A DNA stretch of 64,000 nucleotides, taken from Psammoneis japonica. Taxonomy: Eukaryota. The DNA lies in NCBI GenBank assembly GCA_008632985.1, contig QPGO01000016.1:282840-346839 (forward strand), read 5' to 3'. This document shows positions 24,050 through 37,452 of this stretch, piece after piece; the first letter of the stretch is position 1, and every line of letters begins with the position of its first letter. The notes under the pieces were generated by a model. The model was given only the letters and a program-made list of their open reading frames with translations. It had not been told where the DNA came from and searched no databases. The position numbers were made by a program, and so were the translations under genes.

Positions 24050-24420
24050 CAGTGGGGCATGGCAAGCCCAGCCTGCCTTGGCAAGTGCACCCATTGGGTT
24101 GATGATGCCAGGGGTGTTTCTGGCACAAAACAATCTTGTTGACCTCCTGATGCTGGCTTTGGATTGCAAAGTGTCGGGTGTCAACATTTCATCAGTGCTC
24201 CTTGGCAGGAATCTGACAGTTGGTCATTTTAAGAGTGCCAAAAAGGAGCTGTTAATGCAGAGGGGCATTGGCCCCTTTTGAGAGAAACCAAGTTCTTTCA
24301 AGACAGATGGAAGGCATGGGGTTTGTTTGGCAGCAGCAGCACATGTGACAAATTCCACCTCAGTGGAGCCAGCCACTGTCAGGGGTTGCACTGCACAAAC
24401 ATGAGCAAGAAAACAGCCTT
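24050..24420 (-). mobile_element. Degenerate copia RNase H relic of a second family
   Basis: QPLTVAGSTEVEFVTCAAAAKQ..SVLKELGFSQKGPMPL, then NVDTRHFAIQ and PGIINPMGALAK in shifting frames. Confidence 0.75.
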
Positions 24421-24534
24421 TCAGTGCAGAGTTGGCAGCAAGCACACATTGTTCTGGCAAAAGCCATGATGTGCACAGTGGTCAAATGCAGGAGCCAAGA
24501 AGGCAATGTTGAGCATGCATTGTGCATGAATTGC

Positions 24535-25277
24535 AAAAGCTGTGCAGCGCAGAAAGATGTGGGGCAAAGGTTGTCAGCAAAAGCTGCAGAGGGTGCAGAA
24601 AGCTGCAGGGAACAGGTTTTGCTCAAATGCTGTGGGGTGCAGGTTTTGCACAAAAAGCTGCCAGGTGCAAACAGCTTTGGATGCAGGTTTTGCACAAAAG
24701 CTGCAGGGCGCAAAAGTGAATCTGTGGGGTGCAGGTTTTGCAAAAATGCTGTGGGGTGCAGAAAGAAACTGTGGGGCACAGTGTTTTTCACAAAACATTG
24801 CAGAGTGCAAAAAAGTTGCAGGGTGCAGGTTTTGACACAAAAGCTGTGGGGTGCAGGTTTCATGCAAAAAGATGTGGGGGTGCAGGTTTTGCACAAAAAG
24901 CTGCAGGGTGCAGATTGTGCACAACAAGCTGTTGGGTGCAGAAAGCTGCAGGGTGCAGGTTTTGGGTTTTGCACAAAAAAGCTGCCAGGTGCAGAAAGCT
25001 GTTGGGTGCAGGTTTTTGCACAAAAAAGCTGCCAGGTGCAGAAAGCTGTGTGGGGTGCAGGTTTTGCACAAAAAAACTGCCAGGGGTGCAGAAAGCTGCG
25101 GGGTGCAGGTTTTGCACAAAACGATGCAGGGTGCAGAAAGCTGCAGAGTGCAGGTTTTGCACAAAAAGCTGTGGGGCACACAAAGCTGTGGGAGAGCAGG
25201 CTTTGCACACAAAGCTGTGGGTGGGGTGCAGAAGCTGTGGGGGTGCAGGTTTTGCTCAAAAGCTGTGGGGTGCAGAG
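24535..25277. repeat. Degenerate minisatellite of two alternating modules
   Basis: Repeated GGGTGCAGGTTTTGCACAAAAAGCTG and GGGTGCAGAAAGCTG modules over about 740 bp. Confidence 0.9.
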
Positions 25278-25289
25278 ATGAACCTGCCT

Positions 25290-25640
25290 GGACAACAAGA
25301 GCGGTTGTCATTGCACATTTGCCAGCTTTCCAGATTCAGTCAGAACATCTCCTGCAAGATGACCACCTTTCTAAAAATGCATTGTTGAGCCTCATGCTCT
25401 TGACTTCATCTGTCAGGTGTCATTGAAACAAGTGTTGAGCCCCCTGAGCTTGGTGTCAGTTCCCCAATGTCACGTGCTGCTGCTGCTGCAGAGCTCAAGC
25501 TGTTCAAACCAAGATCAAGATGTTGTGAGCTTGTGATGTTGCTGACATGACTGGGGAGACTGTCCATCATGAGGGCACCCTCAAATGACAACAGGTTGCT
25601 TGGCAAAGTGTTTTGTGCCACTTTGGCGAGGTCAGCCAAG
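25290..25640 (-). pseudogene. Possible LRR gene relic
   Basis: LPSHVSNITSSQHLDLGLNSLS and LAGDVLTESGKLANV resemble LRR units; heavily decayed. Confidence 0.4.
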
Positions 25641-26234
25641 TTTCCTGCTGACAGCCCATGTTTTCACAAGCCTTGAAGACTTGCAGATGTTCATGGTTTG
25701 AGTCCAAAAGACTCACGGAGATCCAGCAAGCCTTTTTGTTGGAATCACTCAAATGAGTCAAGCCAGGAGGAGCAAAAAACCCAAAGGGCTGTTTCAAGTC
25801 CATTGCCAAGTTGGTTGTCATTTTCCAGGTGCATGCATTGAAGATTTGAGACCTGGAAAAGTGGTGGCAGCACACTGCTCAATGTGTGTTTTCAGACAAA
25901 TTCAATCTCCCAAGTTTGTCTCCACCACAAAAAGCTCATTTTGTGGCTTCCCATTCAGTCAACAGCCCATGCAGTCAAAGGACCAGAGTCTTGGAAGGTT
26001 TCCAATGTTGGCAAAGATGGCTCTGTCAATGTCATTGCTCTGTCCCCAGCAACACAGCTTCTCACAAGAAGGTTTGGCAGCGAGACCACATCAAGTCCAG
26101 GGTGGCTGCCATCTCCAGGTCATTGATGAGCAACAAGTGGGGCAGCAAGGTGCCAATGGATTGTGTGGAATGTTCCCATTGCAAGATGAGCCAGCGCATC
26201 TCCCACTGCCCACTGAGTCATGGGCAGCGGTGCC

Positions 26235-26720
26235 TTGGTTCAAGCCAACATTGACATGCCTGTCATTGTTCAGCTGAGCCTGTTGCTGATCTGCAATTGC
26301 TGCAACACTCAGTGCCAAGCACACTGTGACCAAAACAGAAGCTCCTTCAATCTGTCCCATTTTCAAAGTCATGTTCAATGCCCAATCCCAAAACAAGTGT
26401 CATTGCAGCTGAAATCAAAAACAACATGAGCATGGCAGAGTTGGCCAGTGCCACCCAAATCAACTCAAATGAAACATGCTTGGCTGACAGAGGCACAGCG
26501 TTGGATCTGAAGGTCCTGTGTCAGGCCAAGCTTGATGTTGGCACACCAAAATTAGACCACCAATCCCTTGACACCCTGAAAGGCAACAATGGCTCCCAGT
26601 TGTCCATTGGAAACAATTGTGGCCAGTGACTGGAGTCTTGCCCAGTGTCCCATGACCCTTGACTGGAAACAAGCCACACACCCGGCACTGTTCTTGTTGG
26701 AATCACCCCCTTTAAGACAG
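26235..26720 (-). pseudogene. Decayed paralog of the 5' part of the Ca2+-ATPase
   Basis: Aligns to about 22755-23280, e.g. IEGASVLVTVCLALSVAAIAD vs [21 protein letters not shown]. Confidence 0.85.
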
Positions 26721-27085
26721 CTCATGGTCACTGAAAGTACTCATTAGATTGACTTTTCAGTGCTGCACAACGGTGTGTCAAACAACAGCACCAAGAACTA
26801 CAAGAATCAGCATCCATGGTGTGACTTGTTAGGTCTGCTGCTGTGTTGTTCTTTCGACAGAAAGATGTGCAAGATTGAATTTTGCTCTGAAGCGACCACC
26901 TAAGATATATTATAAGACTATCGAAGGAACAAGAAGACTCTGTCCAAAATGTATTATATAAAAACTTACAAATTGTTTCTGATCCAAATAACTTCATCAG
27001 CAATTCCATTAACATACAAGAGTATCGCCCAAGAGAGTTGAAAAAAACCTTTTCTCATTCATCTACACAGCCACCCCACTCGCTT

Positions 27086-28000
27086 CTAATCCTCAACATT
27101 TTCAATCAAATACGGTTCCACAATGGCTTCAAAAGGATACTCCACCGTATACTTGTTGACAACACGCAACACACAACCGGCTTCTGGAGTTTCGAAAATG
27201 GCATAAAACGAACGCTTCTTTCCATCACTCGAGTACACTTCGATATTTTGCTTGATATTGTTTGGCCCATGCAAAAGTTCCAAACGGGCCACCATGTGAC
27301 GACCATCCGTCTTGAGCAAGACTTGAATGCTGGCAACGGACGGATCAAAGTTCCATGTACGAAGTGCTCCACCCTGAACCACCATGGGTCGGACGGTATC
27401 CAACAAATGTTCCTTGACCATTCCCAAAGTACCGTCCCGATCGGGAAGGACGGCACCAGACAAGGGGTATTCGAGATTGCCCGTATTAAAGAGCGCCACC
27501 GTGTTGGAATACGGCGTGTCAATCACGGCATTGAACGGACTCAACGCACCGTCTTCTAGATAGACTTGCATTGTAAAGGGCTATTGACGAGAGAAACAGA
27601 AAGAAACGCGTTATTCACATGATAATGAAACACAAATAGAACAAAACAATAATGACGACACCGCACTTACGGTGTAATCCGGACCATGCCACAATTCAAC
27701 CTTGGAGTTCAATGGACGTCCTCCTGTCCTGAGCAAGATTTGGCAACGAGGACTGTGCTCATCGACAGTAAATGTTTTCAGCGAACTTCCCTGAACAATC
27801 GCCGGAGTCACTGTATCCCAAACCTTTTTAGTAAACCGACTTTCAATACCGTCGGGCGACATGGGAGGGAAGGCGTCGCCCTCTTTGATCGGTGTCATGG
27901 AGAATAGCTTGTTCGAGTATGCTGCAGCTGGCTTGACGACAAAGGCATCAATTGACTGCGAAACAGCACAGAACGCCAATATTACTTTAAGGCACGTCAT
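27086..28000 (-). CDS. Conserved algal hypothetical protein with an internal domain duplication, likely plastid-targeted; intron 27581-27670
   Basis: Signal peptide followed by AF; two repeats of VQG.(S/A)L(K/R)T..LL.T.GR....(V/L)EL.HGP; GT-AG intron restores the frame. Confidence 0.88.
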
Positions 28001-28370
28001 AGTTGATGTAGTTTTGTGGATGCCAACACACAAGCAAAAGGAGTAAGATACACACAAACCAAAGTTGATGTGTTGGTTGATGTGTGTGTGCGTTGTGTGT
28101 TGTGTGTGTCTTTTTGCGTTCGGTTGTTGGCGATTTTTGGTCGGACATTTTGTATCGCCAATTCAGTTCGTACTGAAAACGTGTAGAAATCTACGGATCC
28201 CCACAAGAATCAAATTTAGATCGTCGTCTGCTCACCCATCCGTCAACGGCTTTCCGAAGACGTCACGCGCGCAAAGGGCATGCGCATCACCGTCAGCCAA
28301 TCTGAAATGCAAATCAAAGAATCCCAGATAGAATCATCCCAACACACCAGAGCCACGGATCCCCTGAACT

Positions 28371-29138
28371 TTATACAAGAGCTGGCTCTGTATCTTCTTG
28401 AGCGAGCTTGAGACTTGCGCCAAACAATTTGAGGCGATATTTGGCTAGCTTTTGCTCGTACTTCATTTTTTGAGCGGTATATTTGAGCCGCTGCATTTTG
28501 AGTTCGGAGCGGCTCATCGTCTGCAACTCGTCTATTTCATGATAGACGACTGGATCTGTCGTTTCCCCTTCGGTAAATGTTGGTTGGCTTCCGGACAGGA
28601 GCGTATTGGTCCGTTCCAACAAACATTGGACTTGTCCTAGCTTTAGCTTGTTGGCTTCAAACTTGGACCGGACCTTGTCCATTTTCCCAAGAATCTTGGT
28701 CTTGGAGCGACTATCGGTTGAAGGTTGCTCAAGACTTGTTTCTTCTTTTTGTTCGCAACGCCTTTTACCACTAAAAGCCTCGCCATTCGTGTTTGTGGGA
28801 TCCTCTCCCGTCTGAAACTTGTACAAGTCCTCTGCAGTTTTCACCCCATTGGCATTGCCGGAAGCAGTTTCTTCTTGCTCTATTCTTCGGGCTACATTAC
28901 TCAATAGCTGTTCACGTTCATCAACGGACAATCCCATGATCATTTCTTCCAGTGTAGACGTTTTCGGTTGCAACAACGTTGGGCATGTTTTGCATAACTT
29001 GTCGAATCGGCCAAAGCGTTTGACAGCGGCAGCTTCCACCTTGTTCTTGGCTGAAAAGGCCACTGCAAACGACGGCGGACTTGTCGCATGTGTCACACAA
29101 GCAATAACAACAACCGCTGGAATACGATGCACCATCAT
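28371..29138 (-). CDS. Hypothetical coiled-coil protein with N-terminal presequence
   Basis: 255-aa ORF with hydrophobic N-terminus, a CxxC motif and normal composition. Confidence 0.7.
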   Translation of the reverse strand: MMVHRIPAVVVIACVTHATSPPSFAVAFSAKNKVEAAAVKRFGRFDKLCKTCPTLLQPKTSTLEEMIMGLSVDEREQLLSNVARRIEQEETASGNANGVKTAEDLYKFQTGEDPTNTNGEAFSGKRRCEQKEETSLEQPSTDSRSKTKILGKMDKVRSKFEANKLKLGQVQCLLERTNTLLSGSQPTFTEGETTDPVVYHEIDELQTMSRSELKMQRLKYTAQKMKYEQKLAKYRLKLFGASLKLAQEDTEPALV

Positions 29139-32100
29139 GGATCAACCTCCAGCCTTCACGAGGTTTGTTCCTTTGCGAAGGTCGAATGAGAAAGCTTTCT
29201 TCGATGTCGTGTGTGACGTTGCGACGTTGCGCACGCAGGAAGAATGGAATTCGAAATTTTGATGACGCCATCAAGTTCAACAAACCCGGCTTTTCAGATC
29301 GTGCGCGGTTTTGAATGTACTACTGCTGTACTGCACTGGGGCCCCATCAGACTCTACCGGATGTGCACTGTGCTGTAGAGTGCATGTCTGTCTGGCTTCT
29401 TTTCGTTCCATTTTCTAGTGTGTGTCCCTGGCCATTTTGTTCAAACGCTTTTTCGCAGCAGGGGATTTCAGATCTTGTGGTCACAAAACCCAAAAAAAAT
29501 CCACAAGGTCTCATCGGTTGGCGCCTGCTGGTTTCCATTGAGGGTGCAATTTTTTCTGTCATTTTCTGCACAAGCAATTCTTTGTGCGGAGCCCCCAAGT
29601 GCTCTCTCTTGTGCTCATTTGGTGGCATGAGGGTGATGGCTGCAGAGACAAATGCAGCAAGCACAATGCCGTCATCTTCAAAGCTTTTTCAATGCTGGCA
29701 TGTTCCCAGCACAATCCAGTCGGATTTTGGTCAAGATTGCCGCTGTCCCCACCAAATGTGGGCCTGCTTTGTCTCTTTGTCAGCATGGCTCAGGCTTCTG
29801 CTGGTGCCATTGAAAAAGTTGGTGACAAGGTTGAGGGGCTCAAAGTTGGCAACCAAGCTTGCAGCCATGTGGAAGAGCTGGTGGGCTTGCCAGGGGCTCC
29901 TCTGCAGAGCACGCAGCAAACCCAAGAATTCTTTGTGCATGGGGGCAAGTTGGCAACCAAGCTTGCAGCTGTGCAGGGCAGCTGGCAGGCTTGCCAGGTG
30001 CTCCACTGCATGGCGCACTGCTGCCAAAACAAAACTTCCTGTTGTTGCAGCAAAATCCAAGAATTTGAGTGTGGAGGAAGCTGCTTGGTGCACTGCTGCA
30101 CCGCTGGCGGGTGTGCTGCCACTGCTTGCAAAAGACTGATCTGTCACAGAGTTGGGCAAAATGCTAAAAACGAAGAAGGTGGCATTTGGCATGTTGCACA
30201 CTGCAGCGCACACACAAACAAGCACTTTGGCTGGCTTTTCAACTCACTCAACCTCCTGTGGAGAGAGAGGTGTCTCAAGGAGCAAGCAGAGGCAAGCAAG
30301 CCATTGGGCATCGCAACAGCAGCTGGTTGCAAGAAAGAAAGTGCAGAGTCACAAAATAAAAACACATGAACAGGAAAAGATTTGCAATGGTCGTGCAAAC
30401 CAGTTTGGCTCAACCCCCCCCCCCAAATGCACCAAAAAGTCTGACAAAGCCAAGATGCCAAATGCAGCAACACTGTGCCAACTGCCAACACATCTGTGAA
30501 ATGGACTTGACCCAGGCCCATTTCAGGGATCTGTCACTTGCTCACATTTTCCTCATGTTGACCCCAATGTTGCACAATGTGTTGCACAAAAAGTGTGGAA
30601 GAAGACACTGGCCCATCTTGCTGAAATCTGTTGATCTGGTGGCTTGCAGCCAATCCATGACAAGACAGACTTCAAACCAGCAGAAGGGGTTGGTGAGGCT
30701 CATGCTCTCATCTTCTTGACAGTGCAAAAGCAACAGGGCAAGGCTGCAGCTAAAAACTGAGTCCTGCAGAAAGAACAGCACAGCCACTCTCTAGATGTGT
30801 GTGGAGTTCTGGGCAGTGCTGGCACTTTCTGCTCAATGGGTGGACTTCTTGGTGCACAAGAATGGCCCAGTTGACCAAAGGTGGTCAAAAGAAGGCAGCT
30901 TGGTTGTGCAAAACATGGCATGCAAAGGAAGGCACCAATGTCAGTTGACCAATGCTCTCCTTTCAGTGCCCAGCAGCACAAAACACACATGTGCTGCTTC
31001 AGCGACTCAGCTCTCAGTCAGCAGCCCGCCATGCACTCCCAGACAAATGGCGCCAGACTCTTTGGTGTGCATGAAAAAACTTTCCACTGGCTCTCCAATG
31101 CCTTTTGTCAAAAACATGTTTGCACACCCTGCAGCTCAAATGCAGGTGAACATCAGCGGGGCCCCTGGTTGGACAACTGACCAGCAGGTTCATCTTCCCC
31201 AAACCTTCAGTCTGCTTGAGTCAGCAACCACCAACCACAGTGCTGAGACAACATTGCTGCCCTTGTTGCCACTGCATTGTCCCTTGAAAAGGCCCTGCAG
31301 TTGTTTTCATTGCAGCCCACTCAGAGCAAATGTTGCAGCTCAGCATTGTTGCAAGAGAAAGCTTGACTGCCAGCAAAAAGAAATGGAAGCCCCCAAAACA
31401 TCTCACAGATGGCCATCCAAAGGGCAAATGGTGGTCATGATCAAACTTGGTCAGCCTCAAACACAGCACACCAACAGCCAATTGATCATGCAGGACAATG
31501 TCAGGAGCAGATTCAAGGCCTTTGTCGCACATTTGATGTGTGCTTTGACTGGTGGCAGGTGCCATCGATGTGCTGTGAAAACATTCCAAGACAAGCCAAC
31601 AAATGAGGTGGAGCCCACCGTGCACCCACAGCTCACATCACATCAAGATGGTGCCAACAACCTTGCCAAAGATGTGATGGCACAGCCAGAGAGAGCTGAA
31701 ACCATCCTGCCAAAGAACCCGCCAACAACACACAAGCTCATCTTCTTTCCACAAAGACAGCCAGCCAGAGCTCAGCTTGAGAACACCAAGACACACTCCA
31801 AAGTTGAAAGTCCTGGCTGACACAAGCTCTGACTCAGCAACACACATGTTTGTCAACTGCCAATGGCACATCTCCAACTCCTGAAAGATGTCAAGTGTCC
31901 TGACAAGATGGGAGGCCACAAGATGTTGGATTTCTGATGCAGCCACTGCTGCGAGCTGCAGTTTTCTCTGTGCAGTCAATGACCATCTCCTTGACATCCT
32001 TGTGTGAGAGAAAAGGTTTTGCAAAGACATGGAGAAGGACAAAGCAACACATGTGATGCTTGCAATGTTGATTTTGCTGTGCACATGGAGGGCAGTGGTG

Positions 32101-33624
32101 GTGTGCTGGTGTGGACTGGGTTCTTGCTGGTTGCCCTCCAATGTGTGGCCTGCTCCACAGCACTTGGTGCACAACACAGAAAAGCACAAAAGCTGTCAGC
32201 CCCTGGTGGAGCACAGATCTGGCAAGCTCTGTGTGCCTCAGCTGCAAACTGCATGTTCCACAACCCAAGTTTTCTTGCACCTGCTCTTGCAAAATCATGT
32301 GCAACATTGTGAAAAGACACACACAAGACATTTTCCATGCAAGAGGATGTCATTGGCTCACTCTTGAAGAGCAGGTGCAGTCACTGACGATGCTTCTGAC
32401 TAAGTCACTTGGGTGTGACTCACCTGACTTGTCATCTGGCAGTGCCCCAGAGTGAAAAATGCTGGCAAGTGAGTCAAAAATCAAAAGAGGAGCAACTGCA
32501 TGATTCACACGGGGAAGAAGCATTTGCCGTGAGTGAAGAGCAAGTGCTGGAAAAACTTGCAGGACAAGAAAGGAGCACAAAAATGGGGTCTGGGCACAAA
32601 AGCAAGAAACACTTGGCAAGACATGATGGAACAAAGCAAGGCTTTGCTGCAGCTGCTGACTTGGTTGCTTCTCATGCCAGACTCTCTCCTCTGGCTGCAC
32701 CATCTTCCACATCCTCTCAGAGCAACAAAAGAGTGTGCCAAGCTGCTCATCCAACTGTGGAGACCTTCTTGTGCAACAAATGTTAGCAACCTTGTGGCAC
32801 TTGCTGCACAGCCTTGCCAAATGTCTGGAAAGTCAGAGGCGTGCACATGGCACATGTGCGCCTCTTGTTGTCAAGCATCTGGTCTGTTTTTGTCATGTTG
32901 CTGCAGTCTAAAGGGCACCTTTCAGCCAAAATGGGCCAGGCCCTTCCACCAGCTGACAGGAATGTTTTCTCTCTCCACCAGCTTCCTTTGAGCTGGTTTC
33001 TCTGCTGCTCATGCTGGGCTGGCTCTCTTGTGTCCAGTGTGTTGTGGTGCAAGATTCCCAGTGTCAAAAAATGAGCACAGATTTTTGTGAAGTTAAACTT
33101 GGCAGGTGGTGCAAAAACCTCCTTCATCAAGAAGAGAAGCCCCTGTCTCAAGCCAGAATGAAAAAGTTGTGCCTTGCAAGCAAATGACTTTGGACCACAA
33201 ATGCTCACACATCTCACCCTCCTGCTCACTCAACCAGTTTCATCTTGATGACTCTGCCACCATTGCAAACTTGACTCAGTTCTAAGTTGAAAGGCACTTT
33301 CTGTGCCAGCTCTGATTCGCGTCCTGTGCATGGAGAGCGGCCAGCCAGCTTGCCATTTGCTGTGAAAGTCACAATGGTCATGAGTGTGTCTGTCCACAAG
33401 AACAATGACCGTGGGCATGTGTGATCTTTGAACAGTCATCAACATTGACACATGTCTTGATGAGATTCATCATCTGTCCAAAATGACCTCTCCATGAATG
33501 AAATCGGCAGAGGTCATTGCTGCACTCCATCCCAAGCTCATGTTTTTCCAAAAATCAGATGAGAGAATGACATCTCCAGAACACAACATGCTTTTTTTCA
33601 CTTGCTCAAAGCACAGCAAAAGAT

Positions 33625-34208
33625 GAATGACACAAAGTCATCTTGTCATGAAGATGTCACACAAACCATGATGATTTGTTGGCGCCTGCTGTTGGAGATG
33701 GATTGCCGCCTGCTTCCAAGCAAGCAACGCTGGAGACTGAGCAGATGTCACATGCTTTGAGAAGGCCAAAAGAACATGACGCAATGAGAAATGCTCTCGA
33801 CTGCAGCATTGAGCCATCTTGTGGCAATGACAACATCTCATCCTCTGTCGAATGTTCAACGACTTGTCGAAAATTCACAAAATGAAATTAATGCACAGCA
33901 TGGCAAAGCCTGTTGGAGATCAATCTGATGGAGAACTCCCCAAAGGAAGGCCATCAAAAACAACAATGCACGTGCGGTTTCAACAGTGTGACAATGGAAC
34001 AAAAACCACCATCTTGGGCCCGCTTCTCAAGCCTTCATCCGAAATGAGCAAGGACAAAAAGGAAACAATCTGGCAGCAGCAATCCGATTTTCATGTGTTT
34101 GCCAAGGACACTGCAAGCATTTGCTGTCATCAAGGTTGGTTGTCAGAGAATGACAGTGGATCATGCACCTCAACGTCATGCAAGGTTTGTAAAAAGTGCT
34201 CTTCTTGG
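33625..34208 (+). pseudogene. Truncated, hypermutated copy of the gene at 37453-38351
   Basis: KPVGDQSDGELPKG..LGPLLKPSSEMSKD shared with the intact copy; ends at the duplication junction. Confidence 0.88.
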
Positions 34209-34449
34209 TGCAGTTTTCTCTGTGCAGTCAATGACCATCTCCTTGACCTCCTTGTGTGAGAGAAAAGGTTTTGCAAAGACATGGAGGAGGACAAAGCAAC
34301 ACATGTGTGATGCTTGCAATGTTGATTTTGCTGTGCACATGGAGGGCAGTGGTGGTGTGGTGTAGACTGGATTCTTGGCTGCCCTCCAATGTGTGGCCTG
34401 CTCCACAATGCTTGGTGCACAACACAGAAAAGCACAAAAGCTGTCAGCC

Positions 34450-36026
34450 TCAGTTTGGTTTTACCACGGGATTCCCCAAAATTCCCCGGGATTGCCACCT
34501 TTTGCCATGATTTTCCACGGGAACCATGATTTCCCGGGGAATCACCATGAACCGTGCTTCGTCACATGCACGCCACACACATGAACAAAAAATTGCACAT
34601 TGGCAATTCCCTGTGCTTCCCTTCTCATACATTTCTTCATCTCCCACGTGCCGGGACGTGCCGCAGGAGCCAGACAATCAACAGACTGCAACAAAAATGG
34701 GCAACATGCCATGGCGCGCTCGCATCCCATTTGTGACGGCTGTTGTCTGTCAATCATGACACCGTTCAATGCACTCAATGATGTCAATTAAACGGGATCC
34801 ATGACACAAAACACAAGATGAAATGTGATTGCACATGTGCAGAGTGGCAGCGCAGATGGGTTCCAGCCCCAGGCGGGACTCCGTGTGACATTGGGCCCGC
34901 AGAATTCTGCGTGCGAGCTCCGCAGCAAATTTGTGCTGCAATGAAAACACAAAAGATCGCCAACAGAAAAAGAGGCAATTTTGTGAATGCATCTCCTCCT
35001 TCATGCTTGGAGCACATCATTGACAGTTTGCCCGGGCATGTTCTTCAGACATCAAAGAACATGCCCAGCGCATTTTCATTCTCACAAATGTTGAAAACAG
35101 AGAGCCTTTGGCTTCACAAAACAGGGAGTGTGAAACAATTTTGTAGAATGTCACATGCAGAAATGCACGTGCGCGACATGCAACGTGATCCAAAAAACTG
35201 TTGATGTCACAGTTCAGCAGTGCGAGGTCCCACCTGGAGCTGGAACGCGCCCGCAATTGAGCCATCAGTTGTCAGTTTTTCTTTTGTCATGCAGCCACAA
35301 ATGCAAGCCACAAGGTGCACAGCGAAGGCCAAGGCAGAAGCAGAGCCATGCACAGCCAATAAAAACAACATGGCGGATTGAACGGTCACCCTCATTCTTC
35401 CAATTTACACATCTCATGTGCAGAATGAAGGGGATTGTTTAGTTCACTCTTTTGTCGTGCACCCAGAAAGGCAAGCCACAAGGCATCCAGTGTGAAGGAT
35501 GAGGCAAAATGGGAACTGCACATGGTTGATGAAAATGTGGCAGATTGATTGACAATGTTCATTCTTCCCTTTGACCTGTCTCATGTGCAGAATGCACTGC
35601 ATCATTTTTTCCTTCTTGTGTCGTGTGGTCACAAATGCAAACCACAACGGCTCTAGAGCAAAGGCTGCAGCAAAAACAGAGCCGTGCATGAGCAATGTAA
35701 ACATGTGTGATTTAATGGCAAAGTTTGTTCTTCCCTTGCTCTGTCACAAGGGGACGCTTTGTGTTGATTTGTCAATGCATCCATCATGGTCAGTGGTGGC
35801 AGAGCCTGGCTTTCTGGTTGAATGTGTCAAAAGCACAACCACCCACAAAACACAAGACGGGAATCACCGTGCTGCACTCACATTTTGTTCCTTCCCCTGA
35901 CCCCTTTCAGTCGTTCCTTCCCGCCAAATCACCCTCATTTCCCGGGCATTCCCCAAAAGGGCAAGGCAATCCCCCCTTGCCCTTGCCACATTTTGAGGAA
36001 TCCCCAAATGGGCAAAACCAAACTGA
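34450..36026. mobile_element. Non-autonomous TIR element, Mutator-like
   Basis: TIR TCAGTTTGGTTTT(A/G)CC; 10-bp TSD GCTGTCAGCC (34440-34449, 36027-36036); empty site in duplicate unit 1 at about 32192-32201. Confidence 0.88.
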
Positions 36027-37452
36027 GCTGTCAGCCCATGGTGGAGCACAGATCTGGTGAGCTCTCTGTGTGCCTCAGCTGCAAACTGCATGTTCCACAA
36101 CCCAAGTTTTCTTGCACCTGCTCTTGCAAAATCATGTGCAACATTGTGAAAAGACACACACAAGACATTTTCCATGCAAGAGGATGTCATTGGCTCACTC
36201 TTGAAGAGCAGGTGCAGTCACTGATGACACTTCTGACTGAGTCACTTGGGTGTGATTCACCTGGCTTGTCATCTGGCAGCGCCCCAGAGTGAGAAATGCT
36301 GGCAAGTGAGTCAAAAATCAAAAGAGGAGCAATTGCATGATTGCATGGAAGCATTTGCCATGAGTGAAGAGCAAGTTCTGGAAAACCTTGCAGGACAAGA
36401 AAGGAGCGCAAAAATGGGCTCTGGGCACAAAAGCAAGAAACACTTGGCAAGACATGGTGGAACAAAGCAAGGCTTTGCTGCAGCTGCTGACTTGGTTGCT
36501 TCTCATGCCAGACTCTTTCCTCTGGCTGCACCATCTTCCACACCCTCTCAGAGCAACAAAAAAGTGTGCCAAGCTTCTCACCCAACTGTGGAGACCTTCT
36601 TGTGCAACAAATGATGTCAGCGACCTTGTGGCACTTGCTGCGCAGCCTTGCAAATGGCTGGAAAGTCAGAGACATGAGCATGGCACATGCACGCCTCTTG
36701 TTCTCAAACATCTGGCCTGCTTCTGCCATGTGGCTGCAACCCCAAGGGCACTTTTTAGCCAAAACGGGCCGGGTTCTTGCACCAGCCAACACGAGTGTTT
36801 TCTCCGACAGCTTCCTTTGAGCTCTTGTTTCTCTGCTGCTGCTCACACTGGGCCGGCTCTCTTGTGTCTGGTGTGTTGTGGTGCAAGATTCCCAGCATCA
36901 AATGAGTGCAGATTTTTGTGAGGCAACTTGGCAGGTGGTGCCAAAACCTCTTCTGGCCGCCCGTCCAGGAGAGAAGCCGCCCCCTGGCCTCAAGCCAGAA
37001 AGCTCCTGTGCTTGGCAACCAAATGACTTTGGACCACAAATGCTCACACATCTCACCCTCTTGCTCGCTCAACCAGTTTCATCTTGATGACTCTACCACC
37101 ATTACAAACTGGAGTTAGTTCTTAATTGAAAGGCACTTCAGCACCAGCTCTGAGTCGCATCCTTCGGAGAGCGGCTGGCTTGCCATTCGCTGTGAAAGTC
37201 ACAACGGTCATGAGTGTCTGTCCCCAAGAACAATGACCTTGGGCATATGTGATCTTTGAACTGTCATCGACGTTGACCACATGTATGTCTTGATAATAAG
37301 ATTTATCATCTGTCCAAAATGACCTCTCTACAATGAAATCGGCAGAGGTCATTACTGCACCATCCAAGCTCATATTTTTCCAAAATCAGACGAGAGAACG
37401 AATCTCCAGAACATAACACGCTTTTTTTCACTCGCTCAAAGAACAGCGAAAG

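Noticed and set aside
24535..25277. Possible CRISPR array
   Set aside because: No unique spacers, variable unit length, no cas genes, eukaryotic context.
23570..37090. Many long overlapping Cys/His/Gln-rich ORFs in all six frames, also 11276-13570 and 12142-13200
   Set aside because: TA loss removes TAA and TAG stops, inflating ORF length; no domains or coding-like composition.
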